From Bryobacterales bacterium (GTDB lineage Bacteria > Acidobacteriota > Terriglobia > Bryobacterales > UBA6623), in the NCBI GenBank assembly GCA_965226185.1, contig CBDDCT010000001.1, forward strand, positions 149,511-213,510: a stretch of DNA of 64,000 nt, written 5' to 3'. Positions 1-9,552 of this stretch are shown piece by piece. Under the pieces are notes generated by a model. That model saw only the letters and a list, made by a program, of their open reading frames with translations. It did no database searches and was not told where the DNA came from. The position numbers and the translations under genes were made by a program. The stretch's first letter is position 1. Each line of letters opens with the position of its first letter.

Positions 1-57
1 CAGCCCGAAAAGCAGCGCGGCCGGGATCCATCGCCGAAATGTGATCTTCATTCTCAT
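1..57 (-). CDS. partial CDS, first 19 codons only (MRMKITFRRWIPAALLFGL), signal-peptide-like; gene continues past the left edge
   Basis: ATG at 55-57 (minus) preceded by GGAGAAACG at 58-66; hydrophobic N-terminus; too short for a functional call. Confidence 0.3.
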   Translation of the reverse strand, partial: MRMKITFRRWIPAALLFGL

Positions 58-293
58 CGTTTCTCCTTATCAGCAGGTCGTTGGGAATCGATCGCCCAAC
101 TGCTTCTGATTTCAAGTTACTCTTGCTTCCGATCGAGTTGGTCAGCGGCTTGCAAGGAGATTGTAAGAATATTGTAAGCACCGCTCCGGCGGAACATTAG
201 CGAAAGACGGAGGAAAAGCGGGAGGCGGAGGACAAAGTGCTGATCGGCGTTAGCGAGGGAAGCCGTTGCCGCTAAACCATGCCTGCCGCGAAA

Positions 294-905
294 TCACGCC
301 TGCCAGTTGACGCCCCGCTGCCTCAACTGGTCCTCCAGCGCCGCCGCGCCGGTGAACTGAACCGCGTCGATTCCCAGCTCGGCCGCGGCGCTGATGTTCT
401 CCGCCTTGTCGTCGGTGAAGAAGCACTCCTCCGGGCGGCACGCCGCTCTTCGAATCGCTTCCCGATAGATCGCCGCATGCGGCTTCATGGACCCCAGTTG
501 GTAAGAAAGAACGTAATCGTCAAAATGCCGAGCGACTGAATAGTGTTCGACAATCCAGTCGAAATGAATCTCGTTCGTGTTGGAGACGATCAGCATCCGG
601 TAATTTTGGTGAAGCTGCTCGATAAGCGATTCAGGCAAAAGGGTTCCGCTTTCGAACATGTCCCCCCAGAGTACGCGAAACTCTTCAAACGAAACATTCA
701 AGCCAATCGCCGCGCTGAACTTCTCATGGAACTCGCGGCTCGTAATGCGGCCGTGCTCGTAGATATTCGCAAGCCCCGACTCGCTGATCAGTTCCGGAAT
801 CTCCTCGACGGAGCGTCCGGTTAGCCGGGCCGCCGCCCGGTAGGCGCGGGGAAAATCCAAGCCTACGAGCACATCGCCCAAATCGAACAGCAGCGCCCGG
901 ATCAT
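294..905 (-). CDS. HAD-superfamily hydrolase/phosphatase
   Basis: 203-aa ORF; FDLGDVLV (motif I-like), IVSNT (motif II), FFTDDKAENI (motif III/IV); ATGA start/stop overlap with upstream ROK gene at 902-905. Confidence 0.8.
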   Translation of the reverse strand: MIRALLFDLGDVLVGLDFPRAYRAAARLTGRSVEEIPELISESGLANIYEHGRITSREFHEKFSAAIGLNVSFEEFRVLWGDMFESGTLLPESLIEQLHQNYRMLIVSNTNEIHFDWIVEHYSVARHFDDYVLSYQLGSMKPHAAIYREAIRRAACRPEECFFTDDKAENISAAAELGIDAVQFTGAAALEDQLRQRGVNWQA

Positions 906-1813
906 AGCTCGGACTTCTCCACGTGGAGAAAGGCGTATTCAGCGGCGCCGGTGACCCCCGCCGTATTGTCAAGCTGTGCCGGAACGACTTTGATTTCCTC
1001 GGCCGAGGGCGAACAGAGCCATGGGCGCATCACGCGCTCGAGGGACGGCTGGAACAGCCGGAACCGCCGCGCCACCGATCCTCCCAACACGCAGATCGAC
1101 GGATCGACGACAGCGGAGATCATGCCGATCGCCTCGCCCACCGCCGCCCCATAAGCCTCCCACGTTGCGATGGCATCGGCATCCCTGTCTTCGGCCATCT
1201 TGCCTAGCTCTTTGGGCGGGGGGGCCTCTTTCCCGGCGATCCGCTGATAAAAACGCTGCACGCCCGAACCCGAGAGCATCTCGTCAAACGTTCCCCCGGC
1301 GACCCGGCAATGGGCGACCTCGCCCGCGTTGCCGCGGGCGCCCGTCTGGATTTGGCCACCGGCCACGATTCCACAGCCGAATCCCGTGCCCAGCGTCAGG
1401 CCGACAACAACTGAATGTTCCCGGCCCGCGCCGGCCCGCGCTTCCGCCAGCGCGAAGCAATTCGCATCGTTTTCGAGGTAGAGCGGCGCTCCCAGCTCGG
1501 CCTCGACAAATCCCGCCATGTTGAAGTTCGACAAGTTCGGGAGCGTGTCGATCCGCAGCAGCCGCCCCTTGGGTGCATCCAGCGGCCCCGGACTTCCCAT
1601 GCCCACCGCCAGCGGCGCACCCTCCAGCCCGGCCGTATGACGAGCCTGCGCCACGACGCGTTTTAAGTTCACGAGCGTCAGAGCCGCCGGCTGCCGCGCC
1701 ATCGCCGGAATCGACTGCACGTGGCCAAGCCGCCTGTGGTCCCGATCAAAAGCCGCGGCGGCGATCTTCGTGCCACCGAGGTCGATGCCAATTATGTAAG
1801 GACGATCGTTCAT
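902..1813 (-). CDS. ROK-family sugar kinase (glucokinase-like)
   Basis: ORF track gives 902-2020. I start at ATG 1811-1813 (MNDRPYIIGIDLGGTK, ASKHA phosphate-1 motif); ROK signature LTLGTGFGCGIV...GNAGEVAHC. Confidence 0.8.
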   Translation of the reverse strand: MNDRPYIIGIDLGGTKIAAAAFDRDHRRLGHVQSIPAMARQPAALTLVNLKRVVAQARHTAGLEGAPLAVGMGSPGPLDAPKGRLLRIDTLPNLSNFNMAGFVEAELGAPLYLENDANCFALAEARAGAGREHSVVVGLTLGTGFGCGIVAGGQIQTGARGNAGEVAHCRVAGGTFDEMLSGSGVQRFYQRIAGKEAPPPKELGKMAEDRDADAIATWEAYGAAVGEAIGMISAVVDPSICVLGGSVARRFRLFQPSLERVMRPWLCSPSAEEIKVVPAQLDNTAGVTGAAEYAFLHVEKSEL

Positions 1814-1991
1814 AGTCCGTCGTTCATAGTCCGGTTCATCCGCCAGGACTTTCGAGCCTAACATGGGCGGCAACTCTGAGGCTGATTCGCGAATCAGGCC
1901 AAAACATCCAGGGAAGGTTGTCACGGAACCCGGCTGGTCACTGATCGCCCCTGCTTTCCATCCACTGCCGGGTTGACTCGTAACTCGCTTC

Positions 1992-2294
1992 TCAATCAGT
2001 ACCGCCGACGTGCTGGACACATTGCGCGGCGACGGCCGTGGCGAGTTGCGCCGCTTCTCTCAGAACAAGACCCAGGCACAGACCGGCCAGAAACGCACTA
2101 CGGAAGCAGTCGCCCTCGAACGGAATTTTTGCCTCGTTCCCGCGTCGATGCACCGGGTCACCGGGACGGGCGGTGCCGCGATTTTTAGGCGAAACGCGAC
2201 AGCGAGCGCAGGGCTCGTTTGGCGTGCCGATGCGGTGGAAAAACCGGCTGTGCGAAGCGCCTCTGGGATCGCGGAAGGGGCAAAAGCACCCCAA
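1992..2294 (-). pseudogene. C-terminal remnant of a PfkB-family carbohydrate kinase
   Basis: 100-aa ORF ending ...IPFEGDCFRSAFLAGLCLGLVLREAAQLATAVAAQCVQHVGGTD. This matches the PfkB C-terminal GAGD..F...A.A.AA..V...G pattern, but the roughly 200 N-terminal residues are missing. Confidence 0.35.
2175..2202 (+). repeat. 28-bp direct repeat, copy a (GCCGCGATTTTTAGGCGAAACGCGACAG)
   Basis: 27/28 identical to 3797-3824; the two copies bracket the Mo-oxidoreductase gene. Confidence 0.8.
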
Positions 2295-2419
2295 AAGATC
2301 CCCGAGTCTTTCAGCGTGCGTGCCAGCTGCAGGCAGACGTACTGGCCAACCTCATATTCAGTACAGGGCGTAGCGGCGGCCAGCCTAGCAGCCCGCGGCA
2401 CTTTCGCCGCGTACCGCCG

Positions 2420-3586
2420 CTAGGCGATCATCACGGTCCGCGGCGCCTGCGCGTTGTGCTCCAGGAACGTCCGCTTGACCTCCAGCTGCTCCGCCGTCGG
2501 CTGCACCACCCCGTTGACGTCGGTCACGCGCGAGGCGACCGTGTGCTCGCCCGGCGCCGCGCCGTTCCACGTATAGTTGAAGAACTTCCAGGCGTACTTG
2601 TGGCGCGTCGTTGCCGGATCGAGCTTGGCCGGCCGCCAGGGCCCATCATCGACCTTCACCTCGACCGAGCGGATCGGCGTGCCGTCGTGCAAGACGACGC
2701 CGAAGACGTTGTGGCCGTTCGCGGCGCGGGTGACGCGCGCGATGAACGACTTCAGCCGCATGCGCGTAATCGCCGTCTCCTTCCACTTCATCTTGCCGTT
2801 GACCATCTCGCCCTTCAGAGTGCGATACCAGCGCGCCTGGTACTTGCCGAGATACTGGTCTTGCTGGACGTGGATCTCAGCGAGGTACTTGACGTGGGGC
2901 GCGCCGTACCAGCCCGGGACGAGAAGGCGAAGCGGCCGGCCCTGATGAGCGGTGAGCGGCTCGCCGTTCAGGTCGTAGGCGAGCAGCGGCTCCGCCGACA
3001 GCGCCTTGTCGCGCGGCAGGCTGCGGCCGTACTGCTGGTCGACTTTGTAGGTCCCACCCCGGAACGTCACTTCCTCTTCGCCATGGTCGGCGCCGAAGAA
3101 GACGAAATCCCGCCCTTGGGCTTTTATTCCGGCGAGATCGAGCACCGCCCGCAGCGGGACGCCGGTCCAGCGGCCGTTGCTCGACAGCCCGTTCAGCGGC
3201 CCGCGGTTGCCCGAGCACTCGAACCCAAAGATGAGCTCGCGGCTTGGCATGGCGCGAAGGTCGGCGAGCGAGAGCGACAGCGGCTTGTCCACCAGGCCGG
3301 AGACCCGCAAACGGTGCGTGGCGCTGTCGATCGCGGGGTGGCCGTGGTGCTGGGTCGTGAAGAACTGATCGGCCGGCGTGAGGAAGCCGTCGATGTGACG
3401 CACGTCGATGATGCGGCGATCGGGGCCGCGAATCAGCTTGATCTCGTCCGGCAGGTCGGTGAACTTCATGAGCGTTTCGCCCTGCGCCAGGGCCGGAACC
3501 GCCCACTCCGGTATGCCCAGGGCTCCCAGCCCCGCCACCGCGAGGCTGCCTTTGAGGATGTCACGGCGCTTGGTCTGTCTTGTCAT
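2420..3586 (-). CDS. sulfite-oxidase-family molybdopterin oxidoreductase, Tat-exported
   Basis: ORF 2420-3625. Likely start at MTRQTKRRDILKGSLAVAGLGALG (twin-arginine signal); Mo-ligand Cys motif FGFECSGNRG; C-terminal dimerisation-like domain. Confidence 0.85.
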   Translation of the reverse strand: MTRQTKRRDILKGSLAVAGLGALGIPEWAVPALAQGETLMKFTDLPDEIKLIRGPDRRIIDVRHIDGFLTPADQFFTTQHHGHPAIDSATHRLRVSGLVDKPLSLSLADLRAMPSRELIFGFECSGNRGPLNGLSSNGRWTGVPLRAVLDLAGIKAQGRDFVFFGADHGEEEVTFRGGTYKVDQQYGRSLPRDKALSAEPLLAYDLNGEPLTAHQGRPLRLLVPGWYGAPHVKYLAEIHVQQDQYLGKYQARWYRTLKGEMVNGKMKWKETAITRMRLKSFIARVTRAANGHNVFGVVLHDGTPIRSVEVKVDDGPWRPAKLDPATTRHKYAWKFFNYTWNGAAPGEHTVASRVTDVNGVVQPTAEQLEVKRTFLEHNAQAPRTVMIA

Positions 3587-3796
3587 GGTAGGTCCCTTTC
3601 CGCGAATGTTTGAGATGGGGCACACTCTTCATCTTTCTCTTCCTTGTTCTCGCAGCCATCCCAGTCCTATAGAGTTTACAGCAAGAATCAGGGTGGCGTG
3701 CACGGCGATTTCCTGGGCGCTCTCGAGACTCGGCGTGTTCCAAAGTATCGACGTTTCCGGCCACCAAATGTCCCCGGAAGAGCGATCCTTCCGGGC

Positions 3797-3824
3797 GCCG
3801 CGATTTTTAGGCGAAAGGCGACAG
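3797..3824 (+). repeat. 28-bp direct repeat, copy b (GCCGCGATTTTTAGGCGAAAGGCGACAG)
   Basis: 27/28 identical to 2175-2202. Confidence 0.8.
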
Positions 3825-3921
3825 AGTACGGCCCGTCTGGCAGCTTCAGGATTCGCGGGGTAGTTTGGTGCTATCCTGTCTGGACGCGTTTTTAATGCAC
3901 GTCAGCATAAACAGGAGTTAG

Positions 3922-4125
3922 ATGCCGCGTCACTTGCTACTGACCGCTTTTGTGTCGATCGCCCTAGCCATCGTAGCCCTATTTGTGACGATTGGCATTC
4001 TAGGCCGTTTTGTCGGGTGGCTAATATACAGCGTTGCCCTGCCGCTCATCGGGCTTGTTGTTGTTGGTGTTGTCGTACCTGAATTATGCACTGCGGGGTC
4101 ACTCTTGTCCAAATTAGCGTTTTGA
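3922..4125 (+). CDS. hypothetical small membrane protein (67 aa, two hydrophobic spans)
   Basis: ORF preceded by AGGAG at 3914-3918; lower GC than surroundings; no recognisable family. Confidence 0.3.
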   Translation: MPRHLLLTAFVSIALAIVALFVTIGILGRFVGWLIYSVALPLIGLVVVGVVVPELCTAGSLLSKLAF

Positions 4126-4144
4126 ATTCGTAAGCCGGGGAGGC

Positions 4145-5436
4145 GGAACCTCTGTTAGGTTGGGATTGGGTTCAGGCCTATGAACCAACCCGCCCGAGGA
4201 GGCCCCGCCATGAGTCAAGTATGCAGTATTTTCTCTCAATTGTTAAAGCTGTTCCCGCGTTCGGAGTTTGAACAGGCCGTCCGCCAGCATCGCGGGGAGC
4301 GCCACGCCCGCGGCTTCACTTGCTGGGGACAGTTCGTCGCCATGCTGTTCTGCCAGCTCGGCCGCGCCCAGTCGTTGCGTGAGATTTGCGGCGGTCTGGC
4401 GGCCAGCGAAGGCAAGCTGCGGCACCTGGGCTTGTCCGCCGCACCGCCGCGCTCGACGCTGGCCTACGCCAACCGGCAACGCCCTTGGCAGATCTACGAA
4501 ACGGTCTTTCATCAACTGCTGGCGAAGTGCCGCGGCGCGGCGCCGGGCCACAAGTTCCGTTTCAAAAACAAGCTGCTGAGTCTGGACGCCAGCGTCATCG
4601 ATCTGTGCGCCTCGCTGTTTGATTGGGCCCAGTTCCAGCGCACCAAGGGCGCCGTCAAGCTCCATCTGGTACTCGATCACGACGGCTACCTGCCCAGCTT
4701 CTGCGTGGTCACCGACGCCAAGATGCCCGACCTGGCGCCGGCCCGCAAAATGTCGTTCGACCGCGGCACGATCGTGGTCTTCGACCGCGGTTACAACGAC
4801 TACGACTGGTTCGCCGAGCTGAGCGAGCGGGGCGTTTTCTTTGTCACACGATTGAAACGCGGGGCCAACTACGAGGTTCTCGAACAGCGCCCGTTGCCGC
4901 GCCGTCCCGGAGGCGTGCGCCGCGACGAAGTGATCTTCTTTCCCTCGCTGGCCGCCAGCGGCTCCGAGGTGGTGTTCCGCCGCATCGAATACTTCGACGC
5001 CAAGCAGCAGCGCACGCTCGTGTTCTTGACGAATCACCTGGGGTTGGCGGCCGCAACGATTGCCGCCATTTATCAAGACCGCTGGCAAGTGGAGCTGTTT
5101 TTCAAGGCTCTCAAGCAGAACTTGCGGGTGAAGACCTTCGTGGGCACCTCGGCGAACGCGCTGAAGATCCAGATCTGGACGGCGCTGATCGCGATCTTGC
5201 TGCTGCGGTACTTAAAGCTGCGGGCGCGTTGGGGCTGGAGCTTGTCCAATCTGGTCGCTTTGTTGCGGCAGCAGTTGTTTGTGCACCGCGAATTGTTCGC
5301 CTGGCTGGACGAACCGTTTCACCCGCCGCCGGGCAGCGAACCCGAGTCGCCACAGCAATTATTACTGGCGGGAATGGAGGCCTAATTGGGACAGCAGCAT
5401 GATTTCTATCTTGTCCAAACCGGCAACCTGGTTCCC
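4145..5436 (+). mobile_element. IS4-family insertion sequence (boundaries tentative)
   Basis: Imperfect terminal inverted repeats: GGAACCTCTGTTAGGTTGGGA from 4145, versus the reverse complement of 5412-5436 (GGGAACCAGGTTGCCGGTTTGGACA); encloses one DDE transposase gene. Confidence 0.5.
4180..5385 (+). CDS. IS4-family DDE transposase (DUF4372-type N-terminus)
   Basis: 401-aa ORF, probable ATG at 4210 (MSQVCSIFSQLLKLFPRSEFEQAV...); C-terminal YQDRWQVELFFKALKQ motif typical of IS4/IS5 DDE enzymes. Confidence 0.9.
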   Translation: MNQPARGGPAMSQVCSIFSQLLKLFPRSEFEQAVRQHRGERHARGFTCWGQFVAMLFCQLGRAQSLREICGGLAASEGKLRHLGLSAAPPRSTLAYANRQRPWQIYETVFHQLLAKCRGAAPGHKFRFKNKLLSLDASVIDLCASLFDWAQFQRTKGAVKLHLVLDHDGYLPSFCVVTDAKMPDLAPARKMSFDRGTIVVFDRGYNDYDWFAELSERGVFFVTRLKRGANYEVLEQRPLPRRPGGVRRDEVIFFPSLAASGSEVVFRRIEYFDAKQQRTLVFLTNHLGLAAATIAAIYQDRWQVELFFKALKQNLRVKTFVGTSANALKIQIWTALIAILLLRYLKLRARWGWSLSNLVALLRQQLFVHRELFAWLDEPFHPPPGSEPESPQQLLLAGMEA

Positions 5437-5493
5437 AGATCGGCCTCCTGGCGGGGCTTTCTGGCGTGTTTTCAGCAGCCGAACCCGCTCCGC

Positions 5494-7236
5494 TCAGCTA
5501 ATTTGGACAGCAGTGCTGCGGGGTGCACCGGAGGAGGGCTGAGCCGCCAGGGGCCATTTGGGGGACCCCCGAAAACATGGGGTAATAAGGTAGGCTGGCA
5601 AAGATTTCAGCTTCGCCAGTCAACCCCAAGGAGGTCACCCAAATGGTTACCAAGCGAAAACAGCATAGCTCCCGAAGGCCCGTCAAACAAGGCCGGGGCG
5701 CGAGGGCCCCGCGGCCCAATAAAATCGGGGCTGCCACGCCTTATCACTTCCGCGGCAAGAATCTGACTCCCTACGGCGGCTTGCTGCCCGTCGCCACCCT
5801 GCTCGAAAAACTCGGCTTCCAGGCGCTGCTGGAAGAAACCATCACGAACAAACGAATCACCCGTGTGATGAGCCTCTACCAGTTTGTGCTGGCCCTCGTG
5901 CTGGGCCTCTATGTCGGCTTTGCGCGGCTGAACCAACTCCGCTTCATCGCCCGCGACCCCATCTTGACCGGCATCTTGCAAGTGACGCGTCTGCCGCCGC
6001 AGTCCACGCTGTGGCGCTTTCTGGCCTCGCTGCACCTCAACGTGGCGAAGCAGATCCTTTCCATTCAGCGCCAGCTGCGGGAACGAGTCTGGGCCGCGGC
6101 CCAGGTGAAATTGGAGACGGTGACGCTGGACACCGACACCACCGTGCACACGCTCTACGGCCGCCAGATGGGCGGGCGCAAGAGTTACAACCCCAAGAAC
6201 AAGGGCAAGCGCAGCTACCAGCCGATACTGACTTTCCTGGCCGAGACGCGCGAATACCTGATGGGCGGGTTGCGCAACGGCGACCGGCCCACGGGCCGGC
6301 AGATCGCCGCCCACCTCGAGAGCGCCTTTCGGGCTTTGCCGCACGGCGTGAAGAAAATCCTGGCGCGGGCCGATTCCGGGTTTTATTGCTGGGAGGCGGT
6401 GGAGGCCTATGAAAAGGCGGCTTGTCAGTTCGTCATCGTGGCGCGCAAGACCAGGCGGCTGGTCGAGCAGTTGCAGCAAGCGGCCTGGAAGCCCTCGCCC
6501 CACAGCGATGCGGATGCGGAATGCGAATTCCTCTACCAGCCGCAGGGCTGGGCGCGGGCCTGTCGTTTCCTGGCGCTGCGTTACGAAAACGAACCCGCGG
6601 CCGGCGCGGCCGAGCAATACCAGCTGTTTGCCACCAGCGCTTACACCTACCGCGTGTTTGTCACCAACCTGGCCGAACCGATCGCGGCGGTGGTGTGGTT
6701 TTACAATCAGCGCGCCGCAGCCGAGAACCTCATCAAGGAGGCCAACAACGACGCCGGGCTGGCGGCCCATCCCTCGCGCCGCTTTGACATGAACCGCAAT
6801 CACTTTCAGCTGGCCATGCTGGCCTACAACCTCAACTGCTGGCTGCTGCTGTTCAACCGCGAAGCCCAAGCCAGCGTGGAGACACTGCGGCACACCACCC
6901 TGGCGACGGCGCGGCTGCGCTTTCTGTTCGTGGCGGCCAAGATCTGGCGGCACGCCGGCAGAACGGGTGTCAGCTACAGCGATCATTATGAGGAAAAGGG
7001 CCTGTTTGAACGGCTGATGCGGCGGCTGCGGGCGATGGGGCCACCGGGATCGAGCTTCGCGCCGGTGGTGGAGGGTGCGCTGAGTTGAGGGGCGCTCCAT
7101 GCATAAAATTTCATGCACTCGCCGCAACGTACTGGGAACACGCCGCTTGCCCGCCCGCTTTTGCCCGCCGGGATTGGCAGGCGGCTCAAACAGGGAGGGA
7201 AACAGAGGAAAAGACGACTTGCTAAATCACTGAGTT
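5494..7236 (+). mobile_element. IS1380-like insertion sequence (boundaries weakly supported)
   Basis: Weak inverted match: CTCAGCTAATTTGGACAG (5494-5511) versus the reverse complement of 7219-7235; size about 1.74 kb, similar to the other IS1380-family copy. Confidence 0.3.
5643..7088 (+). CDS. IS1380-family-like DDE transposase
   Basis: 481-aa ORF; LTPYGGLLPVATLLEKLGF..., YNPKNKGKRSYQPILTFLAETREYL, DTDTTV and ARADSGFY motifs. Confidence 0.85.
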   Translation: MVTKRKQHSSRRPVKQGRGARAPRPNKIGAATPYHFRGKNLTPYGGLLPVATLLEKLGFQALLEETITNKRITRVMSLYQFVLALVLGLYVGFARLNQLRFIARDPILTGILQVTRLPPQSTLWRFLASLHLNVAKQILSIQRQLRERVWAAAQVKLETVTLDTDTTVHTLYGRQMGGRKSYNPKNKGKRSYQPILTFLAETREYLMGGLRNGDRPTGRQIAAHLESAFRALPHGVKKILARADSGFYCWEAVEAYEKAACQFVIVARKTRRLVEQLQQAAWKPSPHSDADAECEFLYQPQGWARACRFLALRYENEPAAGAAEQYQLFATSAYTYRVFVTNLAEPIAAVVWFYNQRAAAENLIKEANNDAGLAAHPSRRFDMNRNHFQLAMLAYNLNCWLLLFNREAQASVETLRHTTLATARLRFLFVAAKIWRHAGRTGVSYSDHYEEKGLFERLMRRLRAMGPPGSSFAPVVEGALS

Positions 7237-7400
7237 GACACGACTGCCGCTACCGCCACAACTCCATCGGCGATGGCTACGCCGAATCTGTGCATAATTC
7301 AGGTCGTATGGATCTGGTTTGCCAGGAGGTAGAGGAGCATCGGCTATTAGATATGGATCCGCCATCATCTCCTTTCCCATCAGATGGTTATGGGTGGTCG

Positions 7401-7565
7401 CTAGCGCTTAACACGACTTCCTGTTCCGCTGCTACTCGCACCCATGAACGTGGACAACAACACGATCAGCCACCCGGCAGCGAATATTCCGTACATGACC
7501 GCCTGCCCCGCCGTGCTTTGAATGCTCCAAACGACCTCGGGCATGGGCTGCCACAGCGGATACAT
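7401..7565 (-). pseudogene. remnant of an ICMT/MddA-like membrane methyltransferase
   Basis: 54-codon ORF: YPLWQPMPEVVWSIQSTAGQAVMYGIFAAGWLIVLLSTFM. This matches the W.P.P.VVW...GW..VLLSTF core of that family but ends where the HFDLFGL motif should follow; upstream part is frameshifted. Confidence 0.4.
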
Positions 7566-7735
7566 CAAGCCCAAAGTTCGCGCGCCAGGACCACCGACAC
7601 ATTACACGAATCCGAGGCGATCAACGCGCTTTTAACGCACTGCCAACAGATCGAGACGCGCCATTCGTGCACGGCCTGATGTATACTGTTACCGCGCCAG
7701 GCCCCCAAGGGAAGTCCTGGCAACATGGAGGGAGT

Positions 7736-8464
7736 ATGCCTAGACACAAAGAATACCGGACCGCGGCAAGCAAAGTTGCAGTATCAGCGTTCGTGCTGGC
7801 CGTGATTGTTTCAGCTTGCGCGATGGCACAACAAGATGAGGCTAAGGATTGGGCGATGAACACGACGATCATCGAGGCCTGCAGTTGCCCGATGTTTTGC
7901 CAGTGCTACTTCAATGCAGAGCCGGCGGCTCACCATGTTGATGGCGCCGAAACACACTTCTGTAAGTTCAACATGGCCCACCGGATCAACAAGGGACACT
8001 ACGGAGATGTAGCGCTCGACGGCGTGAAGTTCTGGGTATCGGGTGACCTCGGCGAGAACTTTGGCGACGGCGAGGCCGATTGGGCGGTCGTCACGTTCGA
8101 ACCGTCAGTCAGCGAGCAGCAGCGCGAAGTTATCAAGATCGCCTTGGGGAAGGTCTATCCCGTTACATGGAAATCCTTCAGTGTCGCCGAAGATGCCCGC
8201 ATCGACTGGAGTGCTCAGCAGGGTCAGGCGGAAGCGCGCCTCGACGGCGGCAAGATCGCCGAAATCGTCCTTTCTCGTTTCACTGGGATGACCGAGGAGA
8301 ACATCGTCTTCAGGAACCTGAAATACTTTGGGGCCCCGCGCAACGACGGCTTTATCATGATGCCGAACAAGCTTCAGGCCTATCGCGCCGGCGACAAAGC
8401 GTTTGAGACCAATGGGACCACGGGTTTCATGATCACCTACGACATCTCGTCAAAAGACCTGTAA
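7736..8464 (+). CDS. DUF1326-family protein with N-terminal signal/anchor
   Basis: ATG 7736 after GGAGGGA; CSCPMFCQCYF Cys cluster, GHYGDVALDGVKFWV and EQQREVIKIALG blocks as in DUF1326. Confidence 0.65.
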   Translation: MPRHKEYRTAASKVAVSAFVLAVIVSACAMAQQDEAKDWAMNTTIIEACSCPMFCQCYFNAEPAAHHVDGAETHFCKFNMAHRINKGHYGDVALDGVKFWVSGDLGENFGDGEADWAVVTFEPSVSEQQREVIKIALGKVYPVTWKSFSVAEDARIDWSAQQGQAEARLDGGKIAEIVLSRFTGMTEENIVFRNLKYFGAPRNDGFIMMPNKLQAYRAGDKAFETNGTTGFMITYDISSKDL

Positions 8465-8704
8465 ACGACAGTTCCTCCTCAGGGCGCGCCGGCATGGCAC
8501 ACGGCGTGGAGCGCGGTTGCGCGGAGAAACGCGCTTTGCGCCAGCCCGAGAACTTGCTTCATCATCTCGTTCATGGCTTGTCTCCCGACTGCCTTCACTC
8601 TCTCTTGCGCGGAACCATCCGCCAGCACGAGCCGCCAGCACGACACGCACCGTGACAAAATAGTGAGACGTGGCGCAACCGGGCCAACCGGCAAGCGCTG
8701 AGGC

Positions 8705-9541
8705 GTGCTGATGACCCACGAAACCATTCGAAGACTTCTCGGCACGTTTCTCTTCTCGTGCCTCGTTGCCTCCGCCGACCCCGTCGTGGTCCGCCTGTGG
8801 CCCGGCGAGGCGCCCGGGTCGGAAGGCGTCGACGAAGAAGAAATCTGGATCGAACGGGGGAAGGGGATTGTCGACCGCAGCGTTGCCAACGTCCATGAGC
8901 CGACGCTCACGGTTTATCCGCCCCTTCGCGAGAAAGCGACGGGCACGGCGATCATCGTCTGTCCAGGAGGCGGTTTCCAGCACCTGGCCATCGACAAGGA
9001 GGGGCACGATGTAGCCACGTGGCTGACCTCCATAGGCGTGGCTGGACTGGTCCTCAAATACCGCCTGCCCCGGACGAAGGGGCACAACTACACGCGCCAA
9101 ACCGCCCTCGACGATGCCAGGCAGGCGCTGCGCATTGCGCGCCGGCGGGCCGAGGAATGGGCGATTGATCCGCGGCGTATCGGCATGATGGGTTTTTCGG
9201 CGGGCGGCGTGCTGACCACGATCACTGGGACACAGTTCGATGCACCTGACACCCGCCCCGATTTCCTCGTGCCGGTTTATGGCGCGGAGGAGAACTCGCA
9301 GGTCACCGCCGAGACACCCCCGGCGTTCATCGTGCATGCCGACGATGACCCCACGGTCGACTCGCGGCGCAGCATCCGCTTCTACTTGGAGCTGAGGAAA
9401 GCAAAGGTTCCCGCCGAACTCCACATCTACGCCAGAGGCGGCCACGGATTCGGTATCCGCAATCGCGGCCTGCCCATATCGAGCTGGCCTTTGCGCCTGC
9501 GGGATTGGCTGCGAGACCAAGGCTTCCTCGGCCGGAAATAG
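8705..9541 (+). CDS. secreted alpha/beta hydrolase (esterase-like)
   Basis: 278-aa ORF; signal peptide; VCPGGGF oxyanion region, nucleophile elbow GFSAGG, HADDD and GGHGF motifs. Confidence 0.8.
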   Translation: MLMTHETIRRLLGTFLFSCLVASADPVVVRLWPGEAPGSEGVDEEEIWIERGKGIVDRSVANVHEPTLTVYPPLREKATGTAIIVCPGGGFQHLAIDKEGHDVATWLTSIGVAGLVLKYRLPRTKGHNYTRQTALDDARQALRIARRRAEEWAIDPRRIGMMGFSAGGVLTTITGTQFDAPDTRPDFLVPVYGAEENSQVTAETPPAFIVHADDDPTVDSRRSIRFYLELRKAKVPAELHIYARGGHGFGIRNRGLPISSWPLRLRDWLRDQGFLGRK

Positions 9542-9552
9542 GAGCAGTTGTA

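Noticed and set aside
2219-3613. 464-aa ORF on the plus strand
   Set aside because: Antisense to the well-supported Mo-oxidoreductase gene. Arg/Ala/Gly/Pro-rich composition is typical of spurious antisense frames in high-GC DNA, and no motifs are present.
5607-7127. 506-aa ORF on the minus strand
   Set aside because: Fully antisense to the IS1380-like transposase gene; same low-complexity, high-GC artefact.
8450-9520. 356-aa ORF on the minus strand
   Set aside because: Antisense to the esterase gene, which has clear catalytic motifs; no recognisable features of its own.
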